From the human T2T-CHM13v2.0 reference genome, Homo sapiens: a stretch of 64,000 nt of DNA. Location of the stretch: the NCBI RefSeq assembly GCF_009914755.1, contig NC_060930.1; one strand, given 5' to 3'. This document shows positions 26,691-39,657 of the stretch, piece by piece. A program made the position numbers and the translations under genes. The notes beneath the pieces are model-generated. The model ran no database searches. It had not been told where the DNA came from and saw nothing but the letters and a program-made list of their open reading frames with translations. How positions within the stretch are numbered: position 1 is the first letter of the stretch; every line of letters starts with the position of its first letter.

Positions 26691-27059
26691 ATTCTAAAGT
26701 GAACTGCAGGGGCCCAGGAAGCTAATGGCTGCTCCCCTTTCACTGAGGACAGCAGGCCTTTCTTCCCAGGATTACTGCTCTATGGATGTAGGGTAATGTG
26801 AATGTAGGCAGTCTTTTTTGACCACCATCTACATTTTCCATTACTCAGTCTCTAAAGCTAGCAAACAACTATGAGACATGGGCCACACCTTATTGGCTTG
26901 CATGGCCCGCCTCTCCCCTCTTCCTGCCATTCTGTCATTGCAGGATGAAAGTTAGAAAATACTGATGTATTCTGTGTTGTTATTGCTTCTTAAAGCTGCC
27001 ATTGGTGTTTTTGCTTATAAAAACATTGCCAGTTTTCTCAGTAATACTGTTTTACTCTG

Positions 27060-28330
27060 TAAAGAATGCTTATTTGGCACACAGTTACTGGGCATCTGTC
27101 AAGTGTCAGGCATTATGCCAAAGGCTGATGAGTCAGTGGTGAGGAAGATAGTCAGGAACTTGTCATCTCTGAGCTGACACTCTAGTGGAAGCATTTATCA
27201 CACGATCTCACAATTAAGAGTGAGATTACAATACAAATAAATGCTGAGGAGGAGAGGTTCATGGCATTGTTAAAAGTATAAAGTGGGAAGCTTTGACCTG
27301 CTCTGGAGGTTGATGAGGAAGCCTTCCCTAAGGGGGTTTGAAGGACATGAGGCATCAGTGAGGCAAAATGGAGAGATTGGAGAGTGTTTCAAGTAATGGG
27401 AAAAAATTCTAGGAGGAAACACAGTGTCAACACAGTGGGGTGCAGAGAGCCAAGGGCAGTGAAGGGGGAAATGTGCTGGAGGACGGGTAGAGAAGGACTG
27501 CACACAGGCCTATAAAGATAGGTATCTTTATCAGAAATGCCGAGAAGCCATTGAGGAATGATTGTAATGATGAAGTGGCAGGAACTGGAAGGCTAAGATG
27601 AGATCTGATTACAGGGGAACAGTAATCAGAATAGGAGGGCACTGGAGTCCATTGATCTGGTTCAGATCAAAGGTCATAGAAGTAGCTTAGCCTAGGGAGG
27701 TGGGAATAGAGAAGGAGAGAAATTGCCTAAGGACAACTCAGGAGGTAAAATTTTCAGGGCCTGGTGCTGGATTGAATATTGAGGGTGAGGGAAGAGAAAC
27801 CTGATGACTCCTACATGGGCGTAGGTGGAGGTGTCATTCTATACAACTGCAAGTGCGAAGGTAACATTCCATACAACTGCATTAATGTTGGTGCCATTTA
27901 TATGGGTTATAGTACTAATCCATACAACTGTGTGATTATGGCAATATTAAATTTGAGCTGTCTTTAGGACGTTGAGATGAAGATATCAAATAGGTTATTG
28001 TGTGTTTGGAGGTCATAGAAAACATTGGACCCATAATATGATTTTTGATTGAGATTGAAATTGCCTAGGGATAGAATAGATCAATTAAATCTCAAGGAAC
28101 TGTAGCTCTTAATGATTAGGTAGAGAGGGATAAGCAAAAAGGAGAAAAAAATAAGTGTAGCCAGAGAGGAAGGAAGAAAACCAGGAGAGACTGGAATCCT
28201 AGAAGCCAATGCAGTGGTGTGATTCAAGGAGAGAGCATTTACTGATGCAGAATGCTGCTGATATCCAAAATGTAGAGGAGTGAAAGTGGCAACTGAATTT
28301 GATGTTGGTCAAGATAAAGCATGCATGGTG
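27060..28330 (-). mobile_element. L2 LINE
   Basis: GTGTCAGGCATTATGCC, TCTAGTGGAAG, GAAGCCATTGAGG, GAAGGAAGAAAACCAGGAGAG, GAAGCCAA motifs. Confidence 0.75.
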
Positions 28331-30439
28331 ACTCAGAGACCAAAGGCAGACTGCAGCCCAGACCTCATTACTATGCCACTGCATTAAATCCCAGAACCAT
28401 ACTATAGCCCTGCTTAAGCAGCCCCAAGAAGGCAGAGCTTCCCAACTGGTAGAACAGATAATAAGCTGAGTTACAGAAAACAGGCAAATGAACAGTTTCT
28501 TGCACACCAGACTTTGTAGTAAGATTCGTACTTACTCTCTAAATGCTGTATAGTCATTCATTTAGCAGACGTTATTGGATGCTGTATATAGAAATGAGGT
28601 GAGAGGCGCTCCATGCCCTGAATACATTCATAGAACAGCCGAGAGAAAAGATATAACAATAATACACCCATAATTGTGATGTAGGCATAAGGTAAGCATC
28701 ACTAACACAGGCACAAATTGTTGGAATTCAGAGAATGGAAAGCGTAATAGATGATGTGAAATGTACAAATCAAAAATAGAAACGTGAAGTGCATAGTCCT
28801 GGAAATCAGATAATTAACACCTTAGGATTTACTGTAGAGTGGCACTGATAGCTCATTAGCCTTTCTTAGCCATTATTTCTTCCTTTGTACTTTTGTAAAT
28901 AATTTTTCAAGTCTTTTCAAGGGTTTGTTTACAAGGTTGAAATTTTAAAAAATAAATTTTGCTTGAAAATGCTTTAAAAGGTACAACTTCTATGATTCGC
29001 CTGTTCAAGTCAGCACTACTTTAATAAAGATAGTGAAAAAGGTATATTTTGTTCTTTCCACCTGGGTTGACACTGGTTTCAAAAATATTAACTTTGAGAA
29101 ATATTCTTACCAAATACTAAGGCTTCTCTCTAGGAAGTGGTGAAACAAACATGCATTTTGATATTTAATTTAAGAGATATCATGATTCTTACTTATCATG
29201 TATTTTCTGAAAAACCTGTTGTTATTCCCATTAAGAATTAGCCATACTTAATCTGATTTAATTCTTAAATAAGTTTTCTGAGTGACTTACATTTTAGTCA
29301 AATGAAATGATAGCTCTGAGAAGCATTGATATTATTAAGCAGAAGAGGTTTGATATGATGTGATGACCAAAAAACAATCAAGGTAAGACTAGATGTTGTA
29401 GTCAACTTCACGTAATCCACGAAAGCCCCTCTTATGCTATCTCTTGAATAAGTGAGCCTGAGAAAGTATCCTCTCAGGAGCCTCTGTGGGGTTCCCTGCT
29501 GCACAAGGATCACCTGGGTTGGTGTCACATAGCTGCCTTTTTTCTCTGATTTGTCCTTTACTGATCTCTTCCATCTAAGCAATGAGAAGACCCCCAAGAA
29601 CAATTTGGAACACTTTCCTCTGACCTCTTACTTTTTCTCTGTTGTGTGTAATTGGGATGAGGGGTCAGGTGCAGGAAGTGGTTGTCCCATAACTTTTTGA
29701 GAATCAAATAAATGGTCCAGATCCTTATTCCTATGCAAAATGCATGTATGAATATGGTCTCAGAGAAAGAATGCAGAAAAAGACTGGCATATGTACTGTA
29801 TATATAGTAACTTAGGTAAGGTCTGTTTATGGAACCCCTTTAGAAACCTCTGTTCTTAACTATCTTGGGCCATGATCTGAAAGAGTTCCCTGAAGCACAT
29901 GTGTTGCTCTAACATTCTCCTGCTTTACAGCCAGCGGTTACCCCACAGTCACTGTTTGTTAGCTTAGGCTTCACTGCCTTTTGCAGCCCAAGATCTGCTG
30001 GCCCCACTTGTCTGGGTCAGTCCAGACTGGTGCTGCCCCTGTACTACTGCTGTCCCCCTCACCATCCTTTCCAGCTACTGCTGCCACCTCGCACCTGCCA
30101 GATGCCCAACATGCTTCTTCACCTCAATCTCAGTCCAAAATCTGTGCATCAAGCCATCTGTGCTCAATACCCATTTCCTCCATGAAACCATTCCTGATTA
30201 GCTCTACCATGCAATAATTTCCCTTGTTCTAGACATCTTCATCTAATCTGCCATTTAGCTGTGGAGAGTTGCCTTTTGTTGTTCTCTGGTTATCTTATGT
30301 GTGTTTTCTTAATTTGAAAGTATATGAATGATAGAAGCTATGTCTTGAAGTGTTAAGGCTGGAAAGGACATTAGCATTGAAATCCTCAATCTTTTATCCC
30401 ACTTCAGGAAATCAGTAACAGTGACTTGCTACAGCTGTG

Positions 30440-30442
<3 letters not shown>

Positions 30443-30480
<38 letters not shown>
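30443..30480 (+). repeat. (TG)19 microsatellite
   Basis: Read directly. Confidence 0.97.
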
Positions 30481-30481
<1 letters not shown>

Positions 30482-30821
30482 TTCAGAATATCCCTTCAGG
30501 GTCATATTTGATTCTCAAGGAAGAAGAGAGAGGGGAGAAAGCATAGAGAGATTGAAAAAGACTTTCCCCAGGTTATTCTGATGCCACCACCTCCCTTTCT
30601 ACCTCCATCTCTAGTTTTTTATTGTCCTCATTCTGCAGAGAATCACTCCTTACGGCAGAATGGCTTTCGATCAAGCCTGAGTAATGTGTAGCAACCTGTT
30701 CACCTCTCTCTTGCCCACATGCCACAGTTAAAAATTAAATTAAGCATTCAGGGCTAGAGATTTAGAGGAGGGACTGTAGGCTAAAAGAGAAAAGAGAAAT
30801 GAGATGTATTGTTCATGCTCC

Positions 30822-30825
<4 letters not shown>

Positions 30826-30865
<40 letters not shown>

Positions 30866-30984
30866 CATACACACACATATATGCACATACATATACACAT
30901 ATACACATACCAGCATATAGACACATATGCACACACATATATACACATACATACACACACATGCCTATACATACACACATACAT
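30826..30984 (+). repeat. (AC)17 at 30826-30859 followed by a degenerate CA/TA tract
   Basis: Read directly. Confidence 0.95.
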
Positions 30985-33900
30985 TCTAACCACCTATCCT
31001 GGGGTAAAGGACTGTGATAGGGCCATTATTCTTTTCCTCAAAATGGATTTGGCTTATGGTAAATGCAGAGTTCATATTCCTCTAGAACCAGCTCTTAAAG
31101 GGTTGGTCTCTTGGTGTCATTCACACAAGACCTGTGCGGTAATATGATATTTACTTCTATTTCCAAGAAGAAGTAAAAAAAAAAAAAAAACCTTATACTG
31201 TTCTACCAAGGAGATTTCTCACCCACACACAGGCTGACACCTGTTTTACTTATTACTGCTGACCCCCGATGTTGGATAACTTCACATCAGCTGTAAATCC
31301 CACAAACTGATTTAATTGGATTCCTCCACATTTTGTATGAGAAAGCAGAAGCCCAGGGAAACAAACTGGCTTGGCCAGTGAAACCCTTAGTAGCAGAGCC
31401 GGGACCAGGACCCAGGTCTCCGAGGTCTTGTCTTTACTGGTTGCTCTTCTTTGGCTTTGCGGCCCCTGTAGTGCCTCGCACAAACACATTTCATAAGCCT
31501 TCACTGCTTCCTTTTCCAGTTAAACACTTCGAGCTTCCTGCTTTTTTCTTTTGCCATATGCACAGACACTTGCCCCAGCCATCTGGGGAAGGGAAAAGTC
31601 ATATCTGGCAGGGGAACGAGTGTGCAGATGCATTCTTTTTATAATTACTGAAAAGAAGGTTGTTGGAGGTATGATTTATTTAGCCAGCTTCTTCAGATCT
31701 AGATTCAAAAGCTGTTCTCATGTTCAGAAAATATTTTATTTTGTACAAAACTCTCAGGACATTAATTCCTTCTCAACCTGTGGTCTCATTTTTCAGCATG
31801 TGCCTCTCACTGAAAGCTAGTTCACCACCAGCATTAATTTGACCCCCAGCTGTATTCGTTCCCTGTCAGTTCTTGTCCTCCAGGCTGTTGCTCATCGTTA
31901 TATCAAAGATGGGAGCAACTGGAATTAGATGCCTGTGATTATTAAGACGGTAATTACTGATCATGCTGACACCAGTAATATTAACTGGTGTTTAAATAAT
32001 TTAAAATGTTACCTATGAGGCATGCATGAATTCAAGGTATCAGAATAAAAGGCACTATCTAAAAGAGCCTAGGCAAGAATAAAATATTTGTTCTTGTTTT
32101 ATTCAGATATTCTGGCTTAAAATGCTATGCAAGGATGATGGACTTCCTCTAGTTTAAACAGTTGTTTTTAAGTTTCTTTACAATAGACCTACATAATATG
32201 GTTCTAAGGAATGCTGTTTGTGGGGAACAAATTAGTTTTATTAGATTTCTCAAGTCATTAACATAACTTAATAACTTAATATTCTACTACAATGGCCCCA
32301 TCTGCCATATGGGTTTTATGAGTTTGATGATGCTATATATTCATATTGTACTTCATAGTTCAGGAAGTACTTGCCAACTCATCATGTCATTTAGTCTTAA
32401 AAGTATTGTGGGGGATGTAGGTTTACCTCTGTCTTAATGGAGAAATAAATGTTGGCTCAGAAAGGCTATATTACTTGTTCAAGTTGCATGAGTAATAAGT
32501 TGTGAGGTTAGAAGACGAGATTTGTTGGTGACTTCACAACACTTTCCAAATCTGTGAAGTGACAGTAAACTGTACACCATAGCCTTGCTGTACTTGGGAA
32601 AATAAAAGAAATACTGTCTTCTTTGGTGGAATCTTCTGAATCTATTCTTCATCGAAGAATAAACAGTCTTAGGAAGGAAAAGAGCTTTTCATGGACTTAC
32701 AAGAGCTTTTCTTTATTGGAAGAATGATCGTCTTTACTCTTAAATTTATAATTCTAAGAATATAACATGACGTTGACAACTCTTTATTTTTATAGATGAT
32801 TAAAGTGTATGAGTTCTGCCATTTATGAGATAATTCCAATGTGCTGTGCTGAATTTCTAGGTCTCTTGTTATAAACTACTTAAAATATTTTTGTTTTAAT
32901 TTGGGAAGCATTTCCTTGAGAGGTTGGATGCAGCTTCCATTACTTAATTTTTATTTATTGTTGTTTTTAAACATCATCATTTAATCCTAGCACATGGCTG
33001 TGCCAGCCCTTTATGCTAATTGTGGATAGTGCATGGCAGGGATAATGCTAACACTGTCTGTTGCTTACCATGATGCCACATAACTCAAAACCATGCTTCT
33101 TTTGAAGAGTTGCAAAACCACATCCAACTCCCTTAGAGCAGAAATCCCAGCCTGTACCCTAAGACTGGGGCATGCCTGTGGGGCAGGCCCTTTCAGAGAT
33201 CACAGACCTTGTGGAGAGAATAAAGGTGCACACACTTAGTTCTAGCCCAGTGGGCCAGCGTCAGAGCAAAAGTTTAATTTCCAAGTGCAGCACAGTGCCT
33301 ACCACTCAATTGTCCCTTCACCCAAGCCTACTCAGACTCAAGACCAAGTCCTAGAAAGAGAGGGGTGCTTTAAAAAGGGTAGGAAAAAAAATTTTAAGCA
33401 TTGTTTTACTGAAACCCCTATGGGATCCTGAGTGCACAACATTGGTGACTTGGGCAGCACTGGCACTTAAAATTTTGGTCATTGTAGGAAATGGCATTCT
33501 TGGGCAGTGTCTTCTTCAGAGAAGTGGGTGGTAGCTTCCCGGGGGAGTCACAGGCTTTAGAGCCATGTTCAGTGCTTTTGGCATGAACCTGGGCCCCGTT
33601 GGTGTCTACATCAGTAGATTCAGAGGCTGGCATTGTTGTACAGTGTGGAATAATGAGAATGTGGAGGCTGACAGGGTGATTATGGTTTTGAGAGTTAGTG
33701 AGACAAACCCTGGAACTGAGGAGCTGGTCTTCATTGTGTAGTTAAAGTTTCTGCAGTTATGGGTGTGGGGTATAAGGCCAGACAAGGATGGTTTTTAACT
33801 TTTTCTGGGGTCTTAGCTTTTACTTAAATGGCTGGGATATAAGGGTTTACATGAATGATAAGATGAGATTCATCTTGTTTCATGGAAAAATATTCACTTT

Positions 33901-34119
33901 ACCAAAGAAGTATCAACAGGATTAGTAAGCTTTTAGATATTCAAAATATGAGTTTATTTAGGAAAAAAATATTTTAAATATTTTGTTTTAAGTGATATCT
34001 CCTTTTAGACCAATCTAACCATTAAGAATAGATATATAATATCTATTTTCAGTTTCTGGTAAAAGAATTTTTTAACGTGAATCCTTCATCTGGATCCCAT
34101 TTGTGGTGCTCAGTTTTTT

Positions 34120-34305
34120 AAAGCACTTATTATCTCGTGGCACACCATATCACTTACTTATTTGCCATGTTTATTGTTTGTCTGTCTTCTTGTGTAGACA
34201 GTTAGCTCCACAGGGCAGGCATTTTGTCTGTTCTGTTCACTGATATGTCCCAAGAACCTAGAAGTGCCTGGATATGGTGACCACTAAATAATTACTTGTT
34301 GATTC
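34120..34305 (+). mobile_element. L2 3' end
   Basis: TTAGCTCCACAGGGCAGG..TGTTCACTGATATGTCCCAAGAACCTAGAAGTGCCTGG. Confidence 0.8.
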
Positions 34306-34826
34306 TTAAGTCAAGAATCTGTCACTTCACTGCTATGAGCTAGGAATTATTGTAATTGTTTTGTGAGAAATAGGTAGTGAGGAACAAGGGCCTGGATAAT
34401 TATTTTATAATATTGATAATTGGACAAGTATGGGAGAAAGCACGGTAGTGGCAGGCCACTTCTGAATTTGTAATTTTCATCTTATGTTTTTGCCATTTTT
34501 GCCAATCCTGCTCCAACTAGACCTAAGGTAGATCCTAATGAGATAACAGCTCTTATATTCCCATCTTTCCCTTTACTATTCCTCTGGATTGGCTGATTGT
34601 TTTATACTCTGGTTACTTAGGGGGAAAAAAGTGTAAGGGTTAACAAATGAGAAATGATGGTAAAAGAAAAACAAAGGGAACGGCCATAAAATGAGCTGTG
34701 AATTGTAGAAAAATATTGGGTTCTATATACTTATTAACAGTGGGCACATATTTAATTCTAAACTTCCTTAGTAGTCATTGTGAAAAAAGCAGCTTGATTA
34801 CTTTCTTGATTTAAAGCATTTGTAAA

Positions 34827-35191
34827 TGTTAAAAGAAATTTATCTGGGAGGCCATTAGGCTGAGACGGCTCCAGCACCTTGGGTTCCTACCTAAGTAAAT
34901 GAAACCAGTGTTAATAGTAAAATGAAACAAACATAACCAGCTGAAATCATCAACTAACCACTAACTGGGGACTTTCCACCAATCATATCCAAATAAGGCA
35001 AACACCTAACTGTAGCCAATCAAGTAATTTCTTAGTTTTGCTTCTGCATTCAACCTGTGTAAGCCTGAAGCTCACGCTGCACAGCTGAGTTCTCTGAACC
35101 TCCTCTGGTTCCAAGTGATGCCCAATTCATGAATTGTTCATTGCTCAAATAAACTGTTATATTTAATTTGTCTAAAGTTTTTATTTTAACA
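34827..35191 (+). mobile_element. ERV1 solo LTR (MER57/MER93 group), sense to KLHL32
   Basis: TGTTAAAAG...TTTTAACA termini; 4-bp TSD TAAA (34823-34826, 35192-35195); AATAAA at 35148-35153. Confidence 0.88.
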
Positions 35192-35449
35192 TAAATAAGA
35201 CACAACCACATGTTAGGAACATCGATACAATTTATTTCTTTATACTAAGACCAAAAATAAATCCCTCTCAAGGATTCTCATGAAAAGGACACTGTGTGAT
35301 TAATGTCATGAGCAATGTCTTACAAGCATCTTTACAGGGTTATCACATCTCTTCTCTGATGCTTTTATTAATGGCATACCTCAATATATACAGAGATGGT
35401 AATTTGGGAGTACAGATGGGAAGGTATATTGCCTTTTGTACTCTGGCAT

Positions 35450-35690
35450 AATAATGATTAAAACTAACACTTTCACGGATTTTATGCTCTTTGCATTGTT
35501 CTTAGTAATTATATTGACTCATTAAACTCTTATAAACATGCTGTGAGGTAAGTAGTATTATATTAATCATATTTTATAGAATGAAGAAACTGAGGCAGAG
35601 AGGAATTAAGTACTTGTCCAGAGTCACACTGGTAGTGGCTGGGGATTTAAACCTAGGCAGTTTGATTACAAAGTTTGCACCCTTATCTTA
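35450..35690 (-). mobile_element. MIR SINE
   Basis: TGAAGAAACTGAGGCAGAGAGGAATTAAGTACTTGTCCAGAGTCACAC. Confidence 0.8.
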
Positions 35691-38600
35691 TGTCAAAAGG
35701 ATACTACACAGTGTCCTTTTCAGAGAATCCTTGAGAGGGACTTCTTTCTGGTCTTGGCATAAAGAAATGAATTGTATGATGCTCCTAAATGTTTGGTTTG
35801 GCTAGATGCCTTTCTGGAATCCAAGGCTAGATTTTAGAGGATCCAGAAGAGAAATGAACATTTTTCAGAAAATTGTCTATTGTAGGTTACTTAGAAGTTA
35901 CTGGGCAATTGTGAGAGTTTTTGCTCTCTGGAAAATCCCTGAAGTCTAGCTATTCCGTGTTACTAATGCTAGACGCAGCACAATGTACAATGAGCGGTGT
36001 GAATTTTAGTCAGACTTACCTGGATTCTAATCCTGGTTCTACCACTTATTAGATTGGTGATCTTGGGAAAGTTATTTCACCTTGTACGTCAAACTTGAGG
36101 TTGGTTCATATCCTCTGCTTGGTAGATCATCATAGTTGGTATTCCTAGACATTTCTCCAGAGAGACCAAATATTTTTGTTTTTAATAATGTGGAGAAAAA
36201 AAATTCAACCAAGACATCAGATGATTCCTGAGACCTACAGAAAAATTTTGTGATGTAGGTGTGTCCTTATGTGGGCAAGTCTCTTTTTTTGTGTGTGATA
36301 CATAATTATTGAAATCATAGGATATACTTTGGGTCTGTTTCTTCATGAAATAAACATGATGGTTTTATTTTCACTAATAGTATTTAGCAGTTTTAAGTAC
36401 AGGATATCACAAAGGGTAATAATATCTTGGTTAGAGAATACACTTTTTTAAAAAACAACATTATGTGATCATAGATTTTGTGCATTAGGAAAATTAGGAT
36501 TGATGAAGGAGGGATTTAACTTCAGTCACTGTGATGGATTTGACAGCCTTTTTCCCCTCCACCTCCCCAATGCAATTCTCTCTCAGATTTATCCTCCCAC
36601 TTGTCGAGCTCACCCAAGCCTATTGACTGAGCCAAGAAAACATACTCCACTCTCCTCCTCTTTTTCTGACTCATGCGAAAAAGTCATGTAGCAATTCAAA
36701 CATTTCTGAAATTACAAAACATAATGTAGAAAACTTTCTTATCTCCGACTTTAGAATCTTTTTTATTATTTTGATATTTGCATAAGTAAGATTTTAGATT
36801 AATTTCATTTCTTCAGAGGCTTTCCCTGACAACACAGTAAACACCTGTTGACTCAATCACATCACGATGTTTTGTGCATTTTAGCAGCCATTGTTATCCA
36901 GTGTTTTCTTGTTTGTCTATTTACTGTTTATTCTTCTTAGAATGTAAGTTCTGTGAAAATAGGGACATTGCATGTCTTGTTTTAAACTGTGTCTTCTAAA
37001 GGTAATGGCACATAGTAGGAATTAATAACTTTTCAAATGGATGAGTCTTTCTAAAATCCTCATGCATTTTACTTCATTTAAATTGAGTCTCCATAGCTCC
37101 AGCTCTGATATTCTAGTTAGTCAGTTTTCTCTTCATGCAATTCTTTTTGCCATCCTTCACATTTGTTCACACTTGTTATCATTGTTCATTTACCCAGATC
37201 CAGTGTCTCTGGGTTCATTTCTAATGTTGCCACCATCTACCCCGACCAGCCTTTCTTTCCACAGATGTAGACTTGCCACCATCTTTTTGTGTAATGTTGA
37301 CTGAGTTAGTATTTGATAATCTCATTTTTATTTTTGTAAAAATTGTGAATATTTTCCATTTGACTGACTCACAGTGGTGAGTCCATTTGACTGACTCACA
37401 TTAATAATACAGATTATTAATGACATCTCTCATTTACTTTCATAAGATCATATCTTCAGAGTTCCCTGGTGAGATTAATGATTTTGCATTGTTTAAATAT
37501 TCATAGTGTAATTGGTACTGTGATTCCGAAAGCAGAACTTTTCTCTCTTTTTTTCCCCTCCTAAATTTTAATATTTCACAAAGGTATTTAGTAGTAGTAA
37601 AACTAAGGAAGGGAAATTCAGTAGGTAAATGGTTTGCCACTAATAACTGGAATTAAATTTACTGACTTAAAAATTTTTTACTTAAATCAATATTGTTTTT
37701 TCTTTTTTAATAGTAAAATTATGGCTAGTGTTTTGAGTGCTCATTATATTTTCAAAGTGCCTTATCTTGCTGTTCAGTTACTCTGTAAAAAGCAGGACAA
37801 TGTAATATTGTCTTAAAACAGAGCCACAGTGTATTTTTCAAAGCCAAGATTTTAAAGTGATATTAATTTAAAAATTAAAATGAAATTTTGATTTCTTTTG
37901 AGTTTTGATATCTCAAAGTTGTTAAAATTATGTGCATATTCTGTAAAAGACTTAGAAGCACATTTTTAATGACAGAGGCAAGTGTTTTTGGAGGTGTCTG
38001 AAATTTCTACATTTGTGTTAAAAAAAAAAACCATTAGCTCTCTAAACAAGAACAATGTCTAAACAATACATTTATTAGTAAGTGTTCTAGGAACATAGCT
38101 CATTCTAGCAAAGAGAAGAGTGGGATGTGATCCCTGCCCCTATAATTCATAGTTAAGATGTCAGTTAACATGAAGCTCAACCCAGCTGAAGGAACTTCAC
38201 CTCATGCCCACGTTCTTTCTTCTACCTTACATCTCTTTTTAAAAAGGAAAATTATGCTCTAAGTGATAGCTTTTATCAGTTGTCACGTTAAAAAAAAAAA
38301 ACCCAGACACTTTGCTTTACAAAATCATTTTAATCTTACTCCTTTACATGCATTCCTGGTGTATGGTAAGTGCTATTTAAATATTGAATGAGTTGAGTGA
38401 GTGAGTGAATGAGTGAATGAGTGAATGGTTAGTGAACGACTAGTTACAGTAAATTCTTTGTTATTCAACCTGGCCAGATGTATTTTCATGGAAAACCAAA
38501 TATTTTATCTGAGAGAATTAGCATGTTCGTCACACCAATTAACATAACCAGTTGAATAGCTGAGGGTTGTCCTCTTTGCCATAGACATTGATATTAGTAA

Positions 38601-39657
38601 CAAGACAAGGGCATTTCACATATGACTCTTGTTCTACTTTGATTCCACAACAGAAGACATTCTTATATCTGAGAGCCCATGAGATGATAGTGAGAAAATG
38701 CAATTTTGGGGGTAGACATGTGCATATAGCTGTCATTGATTTCTTAAACTCAAGAAAGCCTTGTAATACAAATTACTCAGTTTGAACAAAAAAAAAGTAC
38801 TTCTCACAAAACGTGTAATTCTGAATGTTTTGTAAGTTAGGTTAGAACTGTGACCTGATCTAAACATAAAGTGGTTAAATAGAAATTTAAAACATGATAT
38901 TTAAAATTTTATTATTAATAATGGAAAAATATACATGGGTCAGACTCACATGGTCTCGGTTTGATGATAAGGGAGACTTCAACAGGCTGAGTAGGACAGG
39001 GAAGAAGCCAGGACCAGCTTGGGTTCAGGCAAAGGAAACAAACTGAGCTGTTTGCATGAGAGGAGATGTCAACAGCCCTATACACCTTGTTCCTGGAGTA
39101 TTATGAATTTGGGCTGCATTTACCTAGTGTCTGTGGCTAGAAGTTGGGTACTATAAGGGGACAGCAGCAGGAGGAAAGTTTGCGACTAATACTCAGAGTC
39201 AGGTGAGCAGTATGTTGTTTCTAGGTCTATTTTAAATAGTTTCCAAAGAGGGCTGGGCCATGTGGGGCATGTTGGACAGTGCGCCACCCCACACCCTGTA
39301 CCTTAACCATCGCTGGTAAGGTAGTTACTGATACCTTAGAGTTTGCCATCACTACCATCATCTTACCATCATCATCAAGACAATATTAATTGCTCACTAT
39401 TAATATTGAGCAATATGCATACCAAAACTGGTATGTACTTTGGATTGTCTCATTTAATTGTCTGTCTCATAAATCGCATTAGTTATAATTTAGCTAATTA
39501 AGTTGTATACCTTGTGAGATAAGTTTTATATATTTTTTAAATTTAGCTTTTATTTTTACCAGTGTTATATAAAGAGTCAAATAATCCACAAGGCTTGTTA
39601 TGTGGAAGTATAGAAGAGGCAACTGCTTTCAATTATTTTAGCTGTTTCTTTAGATAG

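Noticed and set aside
30781-31147. His/Thr- and Cys/Val-rich ORFs
   Set aside because: Translations of the CA/TA microsatellite.
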